Positions 1 through 9,502 of a stretch of 64,000 bases of DNA are shown piece by piece. The position numbers and the translations under genes are program-made. The first letter of the stretch is position 1, and each line of letters starts with the position of its first letter. This DNA is from Candidatus Latescibacterota bacterium (lineage in GTDB: Bacteria; Latescibacterota; UBA2968; UBA8231). The stretch lies in contig OZ252098.1 of NCBI GenBank assembly GCA_965248355.1, forward strand, positions 736,001 to 800,000, given 5' to 3'. The notes beneath the pieces are model-generated. The model made no database searches. It was not told the DNA's origin and saw only the letters and a program-made list of their open reading frames with translations.

Positions 1-2
1 CG

Positions 3-734
3 GCTCTGGGCATCGCCCTCGACCATGGCCGGGAAGAGCTGATCGATCTTCTCCGCGAGCACGGGGTCGACGACCCCGCCGCCGAGCGCCGCATTCTGGC
101 CCTCGCCGCCCTGACCGGGGCCGGGGGTCTGACCGAGGCCATGAGGGCCGGCGACGCGGCCGAAGTGCGGAGCCGGATCGGGGAAGGCGACTGGCTGACC
201 GTAGGGTCCGGCGGGGCCGAGCTGTTCGACGGGGTGACCCTGCGGGGATGGTGGCCGCTCACCGGCGGCTGGCGCGTCGATGAGGGACGACTCCTGGCGG
301 CCACTTCTTCGCGCATCCACTTCCTGCTGTCCCAGTGGATCGCGCCCGGCCCCTTCGAGTTGCGCGCCGAGGTGCAACTGCTGGAGCGCGGCCCCAACGA
401 CGGCAAGATGCTGGGGTTCCTGGACGCCGCCGGCCGCTTCGTGCAGATCACCCTCGACGACGAGCCGGACCGGCTCATTCTCCTGAGCGGGCGCAAATAC
501 TTCGACGTCGAGGGCATGCACGGCAGGTCGACCGTGGAGAGCGGCGCCGGCCTGCCCATGGAGGCGGGCGCCTGGTACGAGGTGGTCTGCCGGATCGACG
601 GTTCCACGTTCACGGCCTCGGCCGGAGAGGCGCGGCTGAGCCACCCCTTCGAGGTGGAGTTCCCCGTCTTCCCCTGGCTGGAGGTGCAGCGCACCGGCGG
701 GGCTTTTCGGGGGCTGAGAATCCAGAAGCTGTGA
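3..734 (+). CDS. 5'-truncated protein: end of an ankyrin repeat followed by a DUF1080/3-keto-disaccharide-hydrolase-like beta-sandwich domain
   Basis: Frame is open from the window start (ALGIALDHGREELIDLLREHG, ankyrin-like) into ORF 141-734 with LFDGVTLRGW...GGWRVDEG and a C-terminal FRGLRIQKL, typical of DUF1080. Confidence 0.6.
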   Translation, partial: ALGIALDHGREELIDLLREHGVDDPAAERRILALAALTGAGGLTEAMRAGDAAEVRSRIGEGDWLTVGSGGAELFDGVTLRGWWPLTGGWRVDEGRLLAATSSRIHFLLSQWIAPGPFELRAEVQLLERGPNDGKMLGFLDAAGRFVQITLDDEPDRLILLSGRKYFDVEGMHGRSTVESGAGLPMEAGAWYEVVCRIDGSTFTASAGEARLSHPFEVEFPVFPWLEVQRTGGAFRGLRIQKL

Positions 735-764
735 ACCGCAGTCGTGCGGGCCGGAGCAGCGAGT

Positions 765-1070
765 CTAGTCCGGACGGCTCTCAGCGGTGTGACGATCGAG
801 GTCCATGGAGACATGCAGGATCCGGATGATCTGCAGGCAGCCGTCGGCTTCCCGGAAGAGGATGACGTGGCTCTTCTGGGGGTAGGAGCAGACGCCGGGA
901 CCGAGTTCGGGCCGCTCGTGCCAGAGTCCGGCGTTCCTCGTCAGCCAGGCGATCCGAACCAGGATCGCGTCGATGTAGCAATCGGCCTGCGCCTCGTCCC
1001 ACCGGTCGGCCGAGTATGCCCAGATCGAGAGCAGGTCGTCCTCCGTCGCGGACGACAGGACATACTTCAC
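765..1070 (-). CDS. parE: ParE/RelE-family type II toxin
   Basis: MKYVLSSATEDDLLSIWAYSADRWDEAQADCY...ERPELGPG...IIRILHVSMD, ParE pattern; overlaps the antitoxin stop by 4 nt. Confidence 0.85.
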   Translation of the reverse strand: MKYVLSSATEDDLLSIWAYSADRWDEAQADCYIDAILVRIAWLTRNAGLWHERPELGPGVCSYPQKSHVILFREADGCLQIIRILHVSMDLDRHTAESRPD

Positions 1071-1357
1071 GACGACGCTTGGCGCTCGCGGGCCTTCGCC
1101 TTGACTTTCCCGGCCAGGTGTTTGAGATCGGCCTCTTCGTACTCGGATAAGCCCCCGCGCTCGATGGCGTCAATGCCTCGCTGCACCTCCGCACGGAGCA
1201 TCTCGAGCTTCCTCGCCTGGCTCTCGTCGAACTCTTCCTTCGAAACGAGCACGGCCACGGGACGGCCATGCTTCTCGATCGTCACCGCTTCCATGCGGGC
1301 CGTATCCAGGAGCCGGCCAAAGCGGGCCTTCGCTTCATGGGCTGAGATCACTTGCAT
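1067..1357 (-). CDS. Antitoxin with Phd/YefM N-terminal domain and ParD-like C-terminal helix
   Basis: ISAHEAKARFGRLLDTARMEAVTIEKHGRPVAVLVS (Phd/YefM) followed by KLEMLRAEVQRGIDAIERG (ParD-like). Confidence 0.85.
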   Translation of the reverse strand: MQVISAHEAKARFGRLLDTARMEAVTIEKHGRPVAVLVSKEEFDESQARKLEMLRAEVQRGIDAIERGGLSEYEEADLKHLAGKVKAKARERQASS

Positions 1358-1384
1358 TGCGTACCTTTCGCTCGATAGGCTCTA

Positions 1385-1420
1385 ATTGATCAATATAGCC
1401 AAATTGGACCATTCGTTCAA
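1385..1420 (-). promoter_or_regulatory. Sigma70-type promoter of the TA operon with palindromic operator
   Basis: Minus strand reads TTGAAC-N17-TATATT (1420-1415, 1397-1392); perfect palindrome ATTGATCAAT at 1385-1394 overlaps the -10; AT-rich patch in GC-rich DNA. Confidence 0.6.
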
Positions 1421-1532
1421 TGTCGGCAGCATCTTCTGCGAGTACCCAGTCCTGGCCGCCGCGGCCCTCGCGCTGAATGGGCCCGCAGCATCGGAAGGGA
1501 CGAGCGCGGATTCCACCTCTGGAGCAAGGCGC

Positions 1533-2507
1533 GTGCAGCTCGATCTACAGACCCGGACGACCGGCAGCTTCGCCGGCTGCCTCAGGCCGGCCCTCCGCGC
1601 CGCCGGTGTGGACTGGTCCCTGGATCACCTGCGCGGCTACCTCGGCCCGGCCTTCGCCTTCAGCATGAAGCCCGACGGCGGGCACCTGAACCAGGCCGAC
1701 AACTACGAGTGGTTCTACTTCTACGACATGCTCGACTTCCTCGAGCACGAGAGCATCAGCGTCGCCCTCAAGGGGGTCCTCGAGGTCCCGCCGGAGGAGC
1801 ATGCCGCCGCCAAGGCCCGGGCCTTGGAGATGGTCCGCCGCGCCCTCGACGACGGTTTCCCCGCCATCGTCTGGCAGGCCATGACCGTGGAGACGAGGCA
1901 CTCCGGCCGGCGTCCCATCCCCTTCCTGTGGAGCCTGATCACGGGCTGCGACGAGGAGGCCGAGACCTACAGCGTGCATCACGGGGCCGCCGGGGACTTC
2001 ACCATCGGCTGGGACGCCTTCGGCCACTCCGACCCGGTGAACTGGTTCTGCGTCATGGTCTTCCGTCCCCTCACCGGGCCCTTCGACGGCGCCGCCGCCA
2101 GCCGCAAGGCGGTCGAGCATGCCATCGAGGCCTCCCGTGGGGAGCATCCCGGGGTCAGGGCGCCGGCCCACGGCCTGGCCGCCTGGGAGATGTGGCTCGA
2201 GGCCTTCCGCGAGGGGACCGTCGACGTACATGCCGTCGGAGGCCATGCCGGCTTCCTGGTGCCGGCGCGCCAGGCCGCGGCCGCCTACCTGCGCGACATC
2301 GAGCCCCACTTCCCGCCGGGCGCCGGCGCCCCGCTGCGCTCCGCGGCCGCCAGCTACGATCAGGTGGCGGCCCGGATCTCGGAGCTGCGGGCCCTGTGCG
2401 CGGCCGACGATCCGGACCTGCAGCGGGCGGCCGAAGTCCTGGGCGCCGCAGTCGAGGCGGAACGCGCCGCCCTGGCAGCGCTGCAGCAGGCCCTGGAGGC
2501 CCGCTGA
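1533..2507 (+). CDS. Hypothetical protein (possibly BtrH N-terminal-like fold)
   Basis: ORF 1386-2507 with host-like codon use; GTG at 1533 preceded by GGAG is the likely start. Confidence 0.55.
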   Translation: MQLDLQTRTTGSFAGCLRPALRAAGVDWSLDHLRGYLGPAFAFSMKPDGGHLNQADNYEWFYFYDMLDFLEHESISVALKGVLEVPPEEHAAAKARALEMVRRALDDGFPAIVWQAMTVETRHSGRRPIPFLWSLITGCDEEAETYSVHHGAAGDFTIGWDAFGHSDPVNWFCVMVFRPLTGPFDGAAASRKAVEHAIEASRGEHPGVRAPAHGLAAWEMWLEAFREGTVDVHAVGGHAGFLVPARQAAAAYLRDIEPHFPPGAGAPLRSAAASYDQVAARISELRALCAADDPDLQRAAEVLGAAVEAERAALAALQQALEAR

Positions 2508-2512
2508 CGACC

Positions 2513-2713
2513 ATGGAGACCAACGCCCACCTGCGCATCGCCCAGCTGCTCATCGACCACGGCGCCGACGTGAGCGCCGGCGGCACCGGGTACACCGCCC
2601 TGCGCAGGGCCGCCGAGGCCACCCGCAGCCGCCACCGGTCCGTGGTGGAGAAGGGGCACACCCTGGTGCGGTTCCTGCTCGACCGGGGCGCGGCGCAGGA
2701 CGGCGAAGGATGA
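2513..2713 (+). CDS. Short ankyrin-repeat protein or fragment
   Basis: METNAHLRIAQLLIDHGADVSAGGTGYTALRRAA...LVRFLLDRGA; ATGA-coupled to the next gene. Confidence 0.55.
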   Translation: METNAHLRIAQLLIDHGADVSAGGTGYTALRRAAEATRSRHRSVVEKGHTLVRFLLDRGAAQDGEG

Positions 2714-5307
2714 AGCTGAAGGACTCCATGGAGCTGGGGGGCCGGCACCTGCTCGGATGGCTCGACCCGGAGAGGGACCACCTGCCAACCGGAAGCTGGG
2801 CGATCACCCACGACCTGGGACGGTGGTGGGACGCCATGCTGCGCCTGGAGGCGGCCACCGGGTTCGTCATCCCCGGCGACCTGGAGGGGGCCAGCCTGCG
2901 GAACCTGCACTGGCTCACCGACAATCCGGACGGGCTGCTGTGGGTGCCCCGCGGGCTGGACTGGCAGAAGATGAAGTTCGAGTTCCACAGCTTCCGCGAG
3001 GGCATCCTGACCTTCGCCGCCCTGGCCCACTTCCGCGGCAGCGCCTGGGCGCGGCAGGCCGGCCGCCGCTACCTCGAGTCGATCGACCGGGCCCTTCGGC
3101 CCGACGGCTCGTGGGACGTGAACGCCTTCGCCTACATCGACGAGTACCGGCGAGGCGACAACCTGGAGCCCGGTCACACGCCGGAGAACGAGACCCGGTT
3201 CCAACTGACCGTCTCCCACGGGCGCTGCATCGAGGCGCTGATCTGGTATCACCGGTGGACGGGGGACCCGCTGGCCATGGATCTGGCCCACCGCCTGGCC
3301 GCGTTCCACCTGTCGTACGCCACCAACGAAGAGGGCACCATCCCGGACCAGCTCGCGGCGGCGGACAGCCCGCAGGGCGACCGGCAGTCCTACCTCTACA
3401 CCTTGTGCGGCCTGCTGCTCTACGGCGTGACCACGGGCCAAGCGGAGTACGTCGACGCCGTGGTGCGCACCTATGGCACCGGGGTGCCGCGGATCGTCAA
3501 CGAGTGCGGCTGGGTGGCTCACGACCTCGGGCGCCTGGTCTTTCCCGACCAGACGGGGAATCCGCTGGCCAACACCGAGTCGACGGGGGCGGCGGCGCGG
3601 CTGGCCTTGTGGATGGCCATCCACCACGACGCCGCCTGCTACGACGACGTGGAGCGCCTGGTGCGGGCCCGGCTCCTTCCCGGACAGACCACCGAAGCGG
3701 ATCAGCGCGACCTGCCCGAGGAGGCCCGCGACACAAAGGCGATCGGAGGGTGGGGGGGCAACGACTACCCGCACGCCGGCAAGGGCTGCAACCCCAGCGG
3801 CACCGCCGAGATCGTGCACACCATGAGCGCCATCTACCAGAACGTGGCGACCTGCGACGAGAGGGGTTTATCCGTCAACCTGCATTTCGACTACGAGGAC
3901 GAGAGCGTGCGAGTCGCCGTTGAGCGCGACGATGCGGCCCGGGTCACGGTCGTGGCCAGGGTCCGCGATGACGTCCGGCTGCGCCTGCCGGGTTGGGCGC
4001 CGGCCGGCAGCGTGCGGATCAGCGTCGACGGCGAGCCCGTGGCCGTGCGCCGGGTCGGTGCCTACGCCTGCCTGACGCGAGAGCAGGTCCGCGCGGGCGG
4101 TGAGATCGTCCTGACCCACGACCTGCCGGTGAGCCGGACGCGGGAGACGATGCCGGCGGGGCAGACCTACGAGTTCGCCTGGAAGGGCGACGAGATCACG
4201 GGGGTGCATCCGAACGAGCACCCCCTGCCGTTCTATCCCACGCTGGACGATCCGCGGGGGACGGAGGAGGGGACCCGCGGGCATGTCGAGACCCCCGGGG
4301 TCGAAGCCTGGTTCGAGGCGGTCCGCTCCAGGGACCTCGACCGGGTGCGGGCGGTCCTCGACGCGGATCCCTCCCTGGTGGACCGGCGCATCGCCGACGT
4401 GTTCGCCGAGACCTGGGAGGCGGCCGCTCCCGGGGACCGGCAGAGCAACACGGCCCTCCACTGGGTGGCCGTGCGCGGCTGGCAGAAGGCGTGCCTCGCC
4501 GGCCTGGCGCAAACCCTCATCGACTACGGGGCCGATGTCGACGCCATGGGCTACAACGGCAACAAGGGGGTGGCGCCAGCCGTGGTCCTGGCCGCCTGGG
4601 AGGGCGACCTCGAGGTGCTGCGCGTGCTGCTGGAGAGCGGCGCCGATCCGAACCGCCCGGCCTCGGCCGAATCGGCCCTCTACTGCGCCATCGAGCACAC
4701 GGAGCCGGATGCGCCCGAGCCCAACAAGGTGAGCCTGCTCCTCGAGCACGGCGCCGAGCACGACATCTTCACCGCGGCCATGACCGGCCGGACCGACCTG
4801 GTGGAGTCGCTGCTGGACGAGTACGAACCCCTGCTCGAGCGCCGCAGCCTCAAGCGCAACCGCACGCCGCTGGAGGAGGCGGTCCACTTCGGGCGCTGGG
4901 AGACGGCGGAGCGGCTTGTCGAGAGGGGGGCGGCCGTCTCCGTACATGCGGCCGCGGCCATGGGCCGCGCCGATCTCCTGGCGCGGATCCTCGATGCCGA
5001 CGGGAAGCTGCTCGAAGCGCGCGACGACAGCCAGGAGACGCCCCTGCTCATGGCCGCCCGCCACGGCCGCGGCGAGGCCGTCGAGTTGCTGCTGCGCCGG
5101 GGAGCGGAGGCCAACACGGAGAACCGCTGGCAGATCAGCGCCCTGCGCGAGGCGGTGACAGGCGGACATGCGCGGACGGCGGAGCTGCTGCTGGCAGCCG
5201 GCGCCGATCCGACGAGAGTCGACCGCGGCGGAAGGACCGCCCGCGACCTGGCCGATCCCGGGGATCGGGCGCTGCTCGACGTGCTGGACCGGAAGGAGAG
5301 GGGATGA
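2710..5307 (+). CDS. GH127-like (alpha/alpha)6 glycosidase-fold domain fused to ankyrin repeats
   Basis: Start MKLKDSM at 2710 (ATGA overlap); VRLRLPGWAP...ISVDGEPV beta domain typical of GH127-like proteins; C-terminal ankyrin repeats (NTALHW, RTPLEEA, ETPLLMAA). Confidence 0.65.
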   Translation: MKLKDSMELGGRHLLGWLDPERDHLPTGSWAITHDLGRWWDAMLRLEAATGFVIPGDLEGASLRNLHWLTDNPDGLLWVPRGLDWQKMKFEFHSFREGILTFAALAHFRGSAWARQAGRRYLESIDRALRPDGSWDVNAFAYIDEYRRGDNLEPGHTPENETRFQLTVSHGRCIEALIWYHRWTGDPLAMDLAHRLAAFHLSYATNEEGTIPDQLAAADSPQGDRQSYLYTLCGLLLYGVTTGQAEYVDAVVRTYGTGVPRIVNECGWVAHDLGRLVFPDQTGNPLANTESTGAAARLALWMAIHHDAACYDDVERLVRARLLPGQTTEADQRDLPEEARDTKAIGGWGGNDYPHAGKGCNPSGTAEIVHTMSAIYQNVATCDERGLSVNLHFDYEDESVRVAVERDDAARVTVVARVRDDVRLRLPGWAPAGSVRISVDGEPVAVRRVGAYACLTREQVRAGGEIVLTHDLPVSRTRETMPAGQTYEFAWKGDEITGVHPNEHPLPFYPTLDDPRGTEEGTRGHVETPGVEAWFEAVRSRDLDRVRAVLDADPSLVDRRIADVFAETWEAAAPGDRQSNTALHWVAVRGWQKACLAGLAQTLIDYGADVDAMGYNGNKGVAPAVVLAAWEGDLEVLRVLLESGADPNRPASAESALYCAIEHTEPDAPEPNKVSLLLEHGAEHDIFTAAMTGRTDLVESLLDEYEPLLERRSLKRNRTPLEEAVHFGRWETAERLVERGAAVSVHAAAAMGRADLLARILDADGKLLEARDDSQETPLLMAARHGRGEAVELLLRRGAEANTENRWQISALREAVTGGHARTAELLLAAGADPTRVDRGGRTARDLADPGDRALLDVLDRKERG

Positions 5308-6404
5308 CACCGGAGCAGACCAAGGGATTCTGGCAGCGGGCCTTCCTCTCCGAGGAGCATCGCCCGCTGACGCCCGCAGAGTCGGAGCTGGTCATCGCCG
5401 CCACCTATGGCGCGGCGTACTCCGCGGAGAAGAGCCTGCACACCTACACGCTGAGGGCCGATCACCTCTCTCCGGACGTCGACCGGATGAAGGAGCTGAT
5501 CGAGGCGGAGCCCGGCCTCCTCGAGTCGATCGGCCCGGCCCTCGCCTGCCTGACCACGACGCTGCCCGGATGCGCGGCGAGCCTGAGAGTGGTGCTGCAA
5601 CGGGGAGTGCCCCTGCGCATCGATCCGGGGAAGTACAACGTCCTCCACGAGGCCAGCGCCGAGACGGCGCGGGTCGTCTTTGAGGCGGGCGCCGCGGATG
5701 CGACCGCCGTGGCGCCCACGGTCCACACCGGTTGGCCGAACAACGTCTCCCTGCTCTACTGGCCCGCCGTCTTCGGCGGCAGCGAGGATGCGGTGGAGCA
5801 CATCGAGGTCCTCCTCGACCACGGCGCCGATCCCGAGGTGAAGATTCAGGGCAACGGCGAGCGCGGGAACACGGTCCTGCAGGAGGCGGTCTCCCCCTAC
5901 GGTCCCGGGCAGAAGGGAAAGCGCCGCGTGGCCCGCAAGCTGGTCGAGCGCGGCGCCTTCTACGACGTGTTCTCCGCATGCGGCCTGGACGACCTGGCCC
6001 GGGTGCGGGAGTGCGCGCGCTCGGCGGACGTCAACGCCTGCCGGGGCGAGGCGGACATGACGCCCCTGCACTGGGCGGCCCGAGCCGGTGCCATGGCCTG
6101 CTCGAGGTGGCTGCTGGACCGGGCCGCCGAGGTCGATGCCGTCACCCGGGCCGGCAACACCCCGCTGCACCTGGCGGCGGACCGGGGCTGGCCCGAGGCC
6201 GTGTGGCTGCTGGTCGGCCGCGGCGCCGACATGAGCGCCCAGGACCGGAAGGGCCGCACCCCCCTGCACCGGGCCGCGTACAACGGCCACGTCGACGTCG
6301 CCGAGGTGCTGATCGTCTGCGGCGCCGACACGAGGATCGAGACGAGGACGGGCAAGACGCCGCTGCAGGTGGCCCGGCTGGACTGCAAGTTCCTGCGGGC
6401 CTGA
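5304..6404 (+). CDS. Ankyrin-repeat protein
   Basis: MTPEQTKG start with ATGA overlap; repeats MTPLHWAA, NTPLHLAA, RTPLHRAA, KTPLQVA. Confidence 0.85.
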   Translation: MTPEQTKGFWQRAFLSEEHRPLTPAESELVIAATYGAAYSAEKSLHTYTLRADHLSPDVDRMKELIEAEPGLLESIGPALACLTTTLPGCAASLRVVLQRGVPLRIDPGKYNVLHEASAETARVVFEAGAADATAVAPTVHTGWPNNVSLLYWPAVFGGSEDAVEHIEVLLDHGADPEVKIQGNGERGNTVLQEAVSPYGPGQKGKRRVARKLVERGAFYDVFSACGLDDLARVRECARSADVNACRGEADMTPLHWAARAGAMACSRWLLDRAAEVDAVTRAGNTPLHLAADRGWPEAVWLLVGRGADMSAQDRKGRTPLHRAAYNGHVDVAEVLIVCGADTRIETRTGKTPLQVARLDCKFLRA

Positions 6405-6441
6405 TGACGGAATCCCGGGTGCCCCCAGGCGCAAAGGGGAA

Positions 6442-7968
6442 TCACCCCCGCGCCGGCGCCAGGGTCCATGACTGCAGCGACCTCACCCTCGCCTGACCCC
6501 CGCGCGCGAACAGGCTGACGCCGGTGCTGTCGGTCCGCGTCGGATAGATACGCTGGGTCACGCACTGCCGGCGGTTGGCGAAGACCTCGAGGATCGAGCG
6601 GTCGAGAAAGATGCGCAGGGTCAGCAACTCCCCCGGCGTCAGCTCCAACGGCCCTTCCTGGGCGGTGACGTGCTGTTCGCTGTCGGCCAGATGCGGCTGC
6701 GGCGTGCGGTAGCGGGTGTAGCGGATCTCCCGGTCGAGCGACGAGCGGCTGACCTCCACCCGCAACGCGGCGGCCACGGCATCCCAGGAGACGGCCGTCT
6801 CTTCCTCGCCTCCAGGAGAGCGCCGCACCTTCAGTCCCACCTCCCTCGCTTCGAGCGGATCGATCTCGACGGCCAGCTCCAGGCAGTCGCCGCGAATTCG
6901 CTCGACCGTCAACTCGGAATCAGCGGCCAGGTCGATGGATCCCATCCGGACGTGATCCACCCGCAGCACCTCCAGCTCGGGCACGGGATCGATCCGCAGG
7001 TGACCGTCGGAGTCCAGCGACAACAAGCGTGGAGCGCTCATGACGCCCGACCAACCGGACGCCCGCTCCCGCTCGACCCCGCGCAGCTCGCGGATCCAGT
7101 CGAAGAAGATGCGCCGGCCTCCTGCGTCCAGCAGGGTTCTCGGGCCGCCGAGATGCCCCCCTTCCCAGCTCATGCGGCCGTGAACGTCCGGGTAGAACCG
7201 TTCCTGGCGGAACTGGCCGATGTAGTACTGGGTCCCCTGCAGGTGGCTGCAGAAGAGCAGCATGTGGCGGTCGCCGAGAGGGAAGAAGTCGGGCACGGCG
7301 CAGTCTTCACCCCCTTCCGTCCACTCCCGCCGCGACTGGTAGAACAGGCCGGCGAACTCCCAGCTCTTCAGGTCCGCGGATCGGAACAGGTAGGCCCCAT
7401 CCCCCTGGTCTTGAGGGTCGCGTTTGTTGACCGCGGCGTAGTAGAGGTCGTCCTCCAACCATCCGCAGGGGTCGTGGATGGTGTAGCGGCCATGGTCGGG
7501 GCTCCCTTCTTCCGGCTGGGGGATCACCGGATTGTCCGGGTCCTTCGTCCACTCGAGCAGCAGATCGTCGCTGCTGCGGGCGAGGCAGAGGCCGTCGGGG
7601 TTGCCGTAGTAGATCAGCGTCGGGACCCCTTCCTTGTCGACCAGGGCCCCGCCGCTGTAGCAGCCGATGCGGTCCGGTCCGTCCGCTTCCGGCGTCAGCG
7701 CCACCGGATGGTGGACCCAGTGCACGAGGTCGGCGCTGGAGGCGTGACCCCACTGGATGCGGTTCCAGTAGGCGCCCTCGGGGTTGAGCTGGTAGAAGAT
7801 GTGGCAGCGCCCCTTCCAGTAGAGGGCGCCGTTGATGTCGTTCATCCAGGCGGCTGGAGGGGTGAAGTGCCAGGCCGGCCGGTGCGGATCACGGGCGAAG
7901 GCGGAAGCGAGCTCGCCCGCCTCCCGGATCCGCGCTTCCATTCGTTCTATCGGGTCGTCAGCGGTCAT
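6442..7968 (-). CDS. GH32 family glycoside hydrolase (non-canonical active-site motifs)
   Basis: HRPAWHFTPPAAWMNDING, QWGHASSADLVHW, CYSGGA and C-terminal LRIFLDRSILEVFAN. Confidence 0.85.
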   Translation of the reverse strand: MTADDPIERMEARIREAGELASAFARDPHRPAWHFTPPAAWMNDINGALYWKGRCHIFYQLNPEGAYWNRIQWGHASSADLVHWVHHPVALTPEADGPDRIGCYSGGALVDKEGVPTLIYYGNPDGLCLARSSDDLLLEWTKDPDNPVIPQPEEGSPDHGRYTIHDPCGWLEDDLYYAAVNKRDPQDQGDGAYLFRSADLKSWEFAGLFYQSRREWTEGGEDCAVPDFFPLGDRHMLLFCSHLQGTQYYIGQFRQERFYPDVHGRMSWEGGHLGGPRTLLDAGGRRIFFDWIRELRGVERERASGWSGVMSAPRLLSLDSDGHLRIDPVPELEVLRVDHVRMGSIDLAADSELTVERIRGDCLELAVEIDPLEAREVGLKVRRSPGGEEETAVSWDAVAAALRVEVSRSSLDREIRYTRYRTPQPHLADSEQHVTAQEGPLELTPGELLTLRIFLDRSILEVFANRRQCVTQRIYPTRTDSTGVSLFARGGQARVRSLQSWTLAPARG

Positions 7969-8120
7969 GGGTGTGCTCCCGGGTTGCCCGCCCGCTCTCG
8001 GGCGGCGCCATACTTCATTCCTGTTCCGGGACGATAGGTACTGGCGGGCCTCGGTGCGTCCGGGGGAACGTTCCCCCGGCATCCTCCGTCAAACTCCGAC
8101 ATATGAAGGGTTGCCGATCC

Positions 8121-9476
8121 ATGACGAGAGGGAACACCAGCAACTGTACGGAAGCCCGGATCGCGGAGTGGCGCGCCCATGTGGGCCGCGGCCTTTCCGC
8201 CTCCGAGCTGGAAGAGCAGGAGCGCCGCCTGCGGGACGAAGTGTCCTCCCTCGAGCGCGCCGGCCTCGACTCGGAGGAAGCCTTCCTGGTGGCGGTCGGA
8301 CGGATCGGCCGCCCGGACTCCGCGTCGGGCCGGTTCGCGCCGGCGGACGCGGGCGGCCTGTGGAAGCAGCTCGTCGCCGGCCCCGGGGCGGCGGCCCGGA
8401 CCACGCGGCGGGAGCTTCTGGTCGTCCTCGGGCTCGCCGCGGCGTCGGCGGCCGCGGTGAAGGTCCCCGAGCTGTTCGGCTGCCGGATGTTCGAGGGCTG
8501 CGGAAGCTTCTACGCCCGCAACCTCAGCCTGTTCTCCCTGCCCCTGCTGACCGGTTACTTCGCCTGGAAACGCGGGCTGGGTGCGGGCGGCTGCCTGTGG
8601 CTCGCCCTGCCATTCCTGGCGGCGGCCCTCTTCGCCAACATCTACCCCTTCTCGCCGGGCGGCTCCACCGAGGGGCTCACGGCGCTGCACCTGCCGATCG
8701 TCCTGTGGCTGGCCGTCGGGGTCGCCCACGCCGGAGGCCGATGGGGGTCTCCGGGCCGGCGCATGGAGTTCGTGCGCTTCTCCGGAGAGCTGTTCATCCT
8801 CTACGTGCTCATCGCCCTTGGCGGCGGCGTGCTGACCGGGGTCACGGGGATGATGTTCGCCGGCATCGGTCTCGACGTCGAGTGGCTGGGGCCCTGGCTG
8901 CTGCCGTGCGGGGCCCTGGGGGCGGCCGTCGTCGCCGCCTGGCTGGCCGAGGCGAGGCAGGGGGTCGCCGGGAACATCGCCCCCCTGCTGACGCGCCTGT
9001 TCACGCCCCTTTTCGCCCTGGTGCTGCTCGCTTTCCTGGGAGCCATGGCCTGGACCGGCAGCGGCATCGAGGTGAGGCGGGAAGTCCTCATCGGCTTCGA
9101 CCTGCTGCTGGCGCTGGTCCTCGGCCTGCTGTTGTACGGGGTCTCGGCCCGGGAGCCCGGGGCGCCTCCCGGCCTCTTCGATCTGCTTCAACTGCTGCTG
9201 CTGGTGGCCGCCCTCGCGGCCGACGCCGCGGCCCTGGCGGCGATCGCGGCGCGCATCTCCGAGTTCGGCTTCAGCGCCAACAAGGCGGCCGCCCTCGGGG
9301 AGAACCTCGTCCTGCTCGTCAACCTGGGCTGGTCCGCCTGGCTGTACGTCCGGTTCCTGCGAGGCCGCGGCCCCTTCGCCGCCCTGGAGCGCTGGCAGAC
9401 CGCCTACCTGCCCGTCTACGCTGTCTGGGCGGGGATCGTCGCCATCCTCTTCCCGCCGCTGTTCGGCTACGGCTGA
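8121..9476 (+). CDS. Multi-pass membrane protein with permease-prefix-type N-terminal domain
   Basis: ELEEQERRLRDEVSSLERAGLDSEEAFLVAVGRIG followed by about 10 hydrophobic segments. Confidence 0.7.
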   Translation: MTRGNTSNCTEARIAEWRAHVGRGLSASELEEQERRLRDEVSSLERAGLDSEEAFLVAVGRIGRPDSASGRFAPADAGGLWKQLVAGPGAAARTTRRELLVVLGLAAASAAAVKVPELFGCRMFEGCGSFYARNLSLFSLPLLTGYFAWKRGLGAGGCLWLALPFLAAALFANIYPFSPGGSTEGLTALHLPIVLWLAVGVAHAGGRWGSPGRRMEFVRFSGELFILYVLIALGGGVLTGVTGMMFAGIGLDVEWLGPWLLPCGALGAAVVAAWLAEARQGVAGNIAPLLTRLFTPLFALVLLAFLGAMAWTGSGIEVRREVLIGFDLLLALVLGLLLYGVSAREPGAPPGLFDLLQLLLLVAALAADAAALAAIAARISEFGFSANKAAALGENLVLLVNLGWSAWLYVRFLRGRGPFAALERWQTAYLPVYAVWAGIVAILFPPLFGYG

Positions 9477-9502
9477 GACAAGGGCCCCGCCGGCGGGAGC
9501 CG

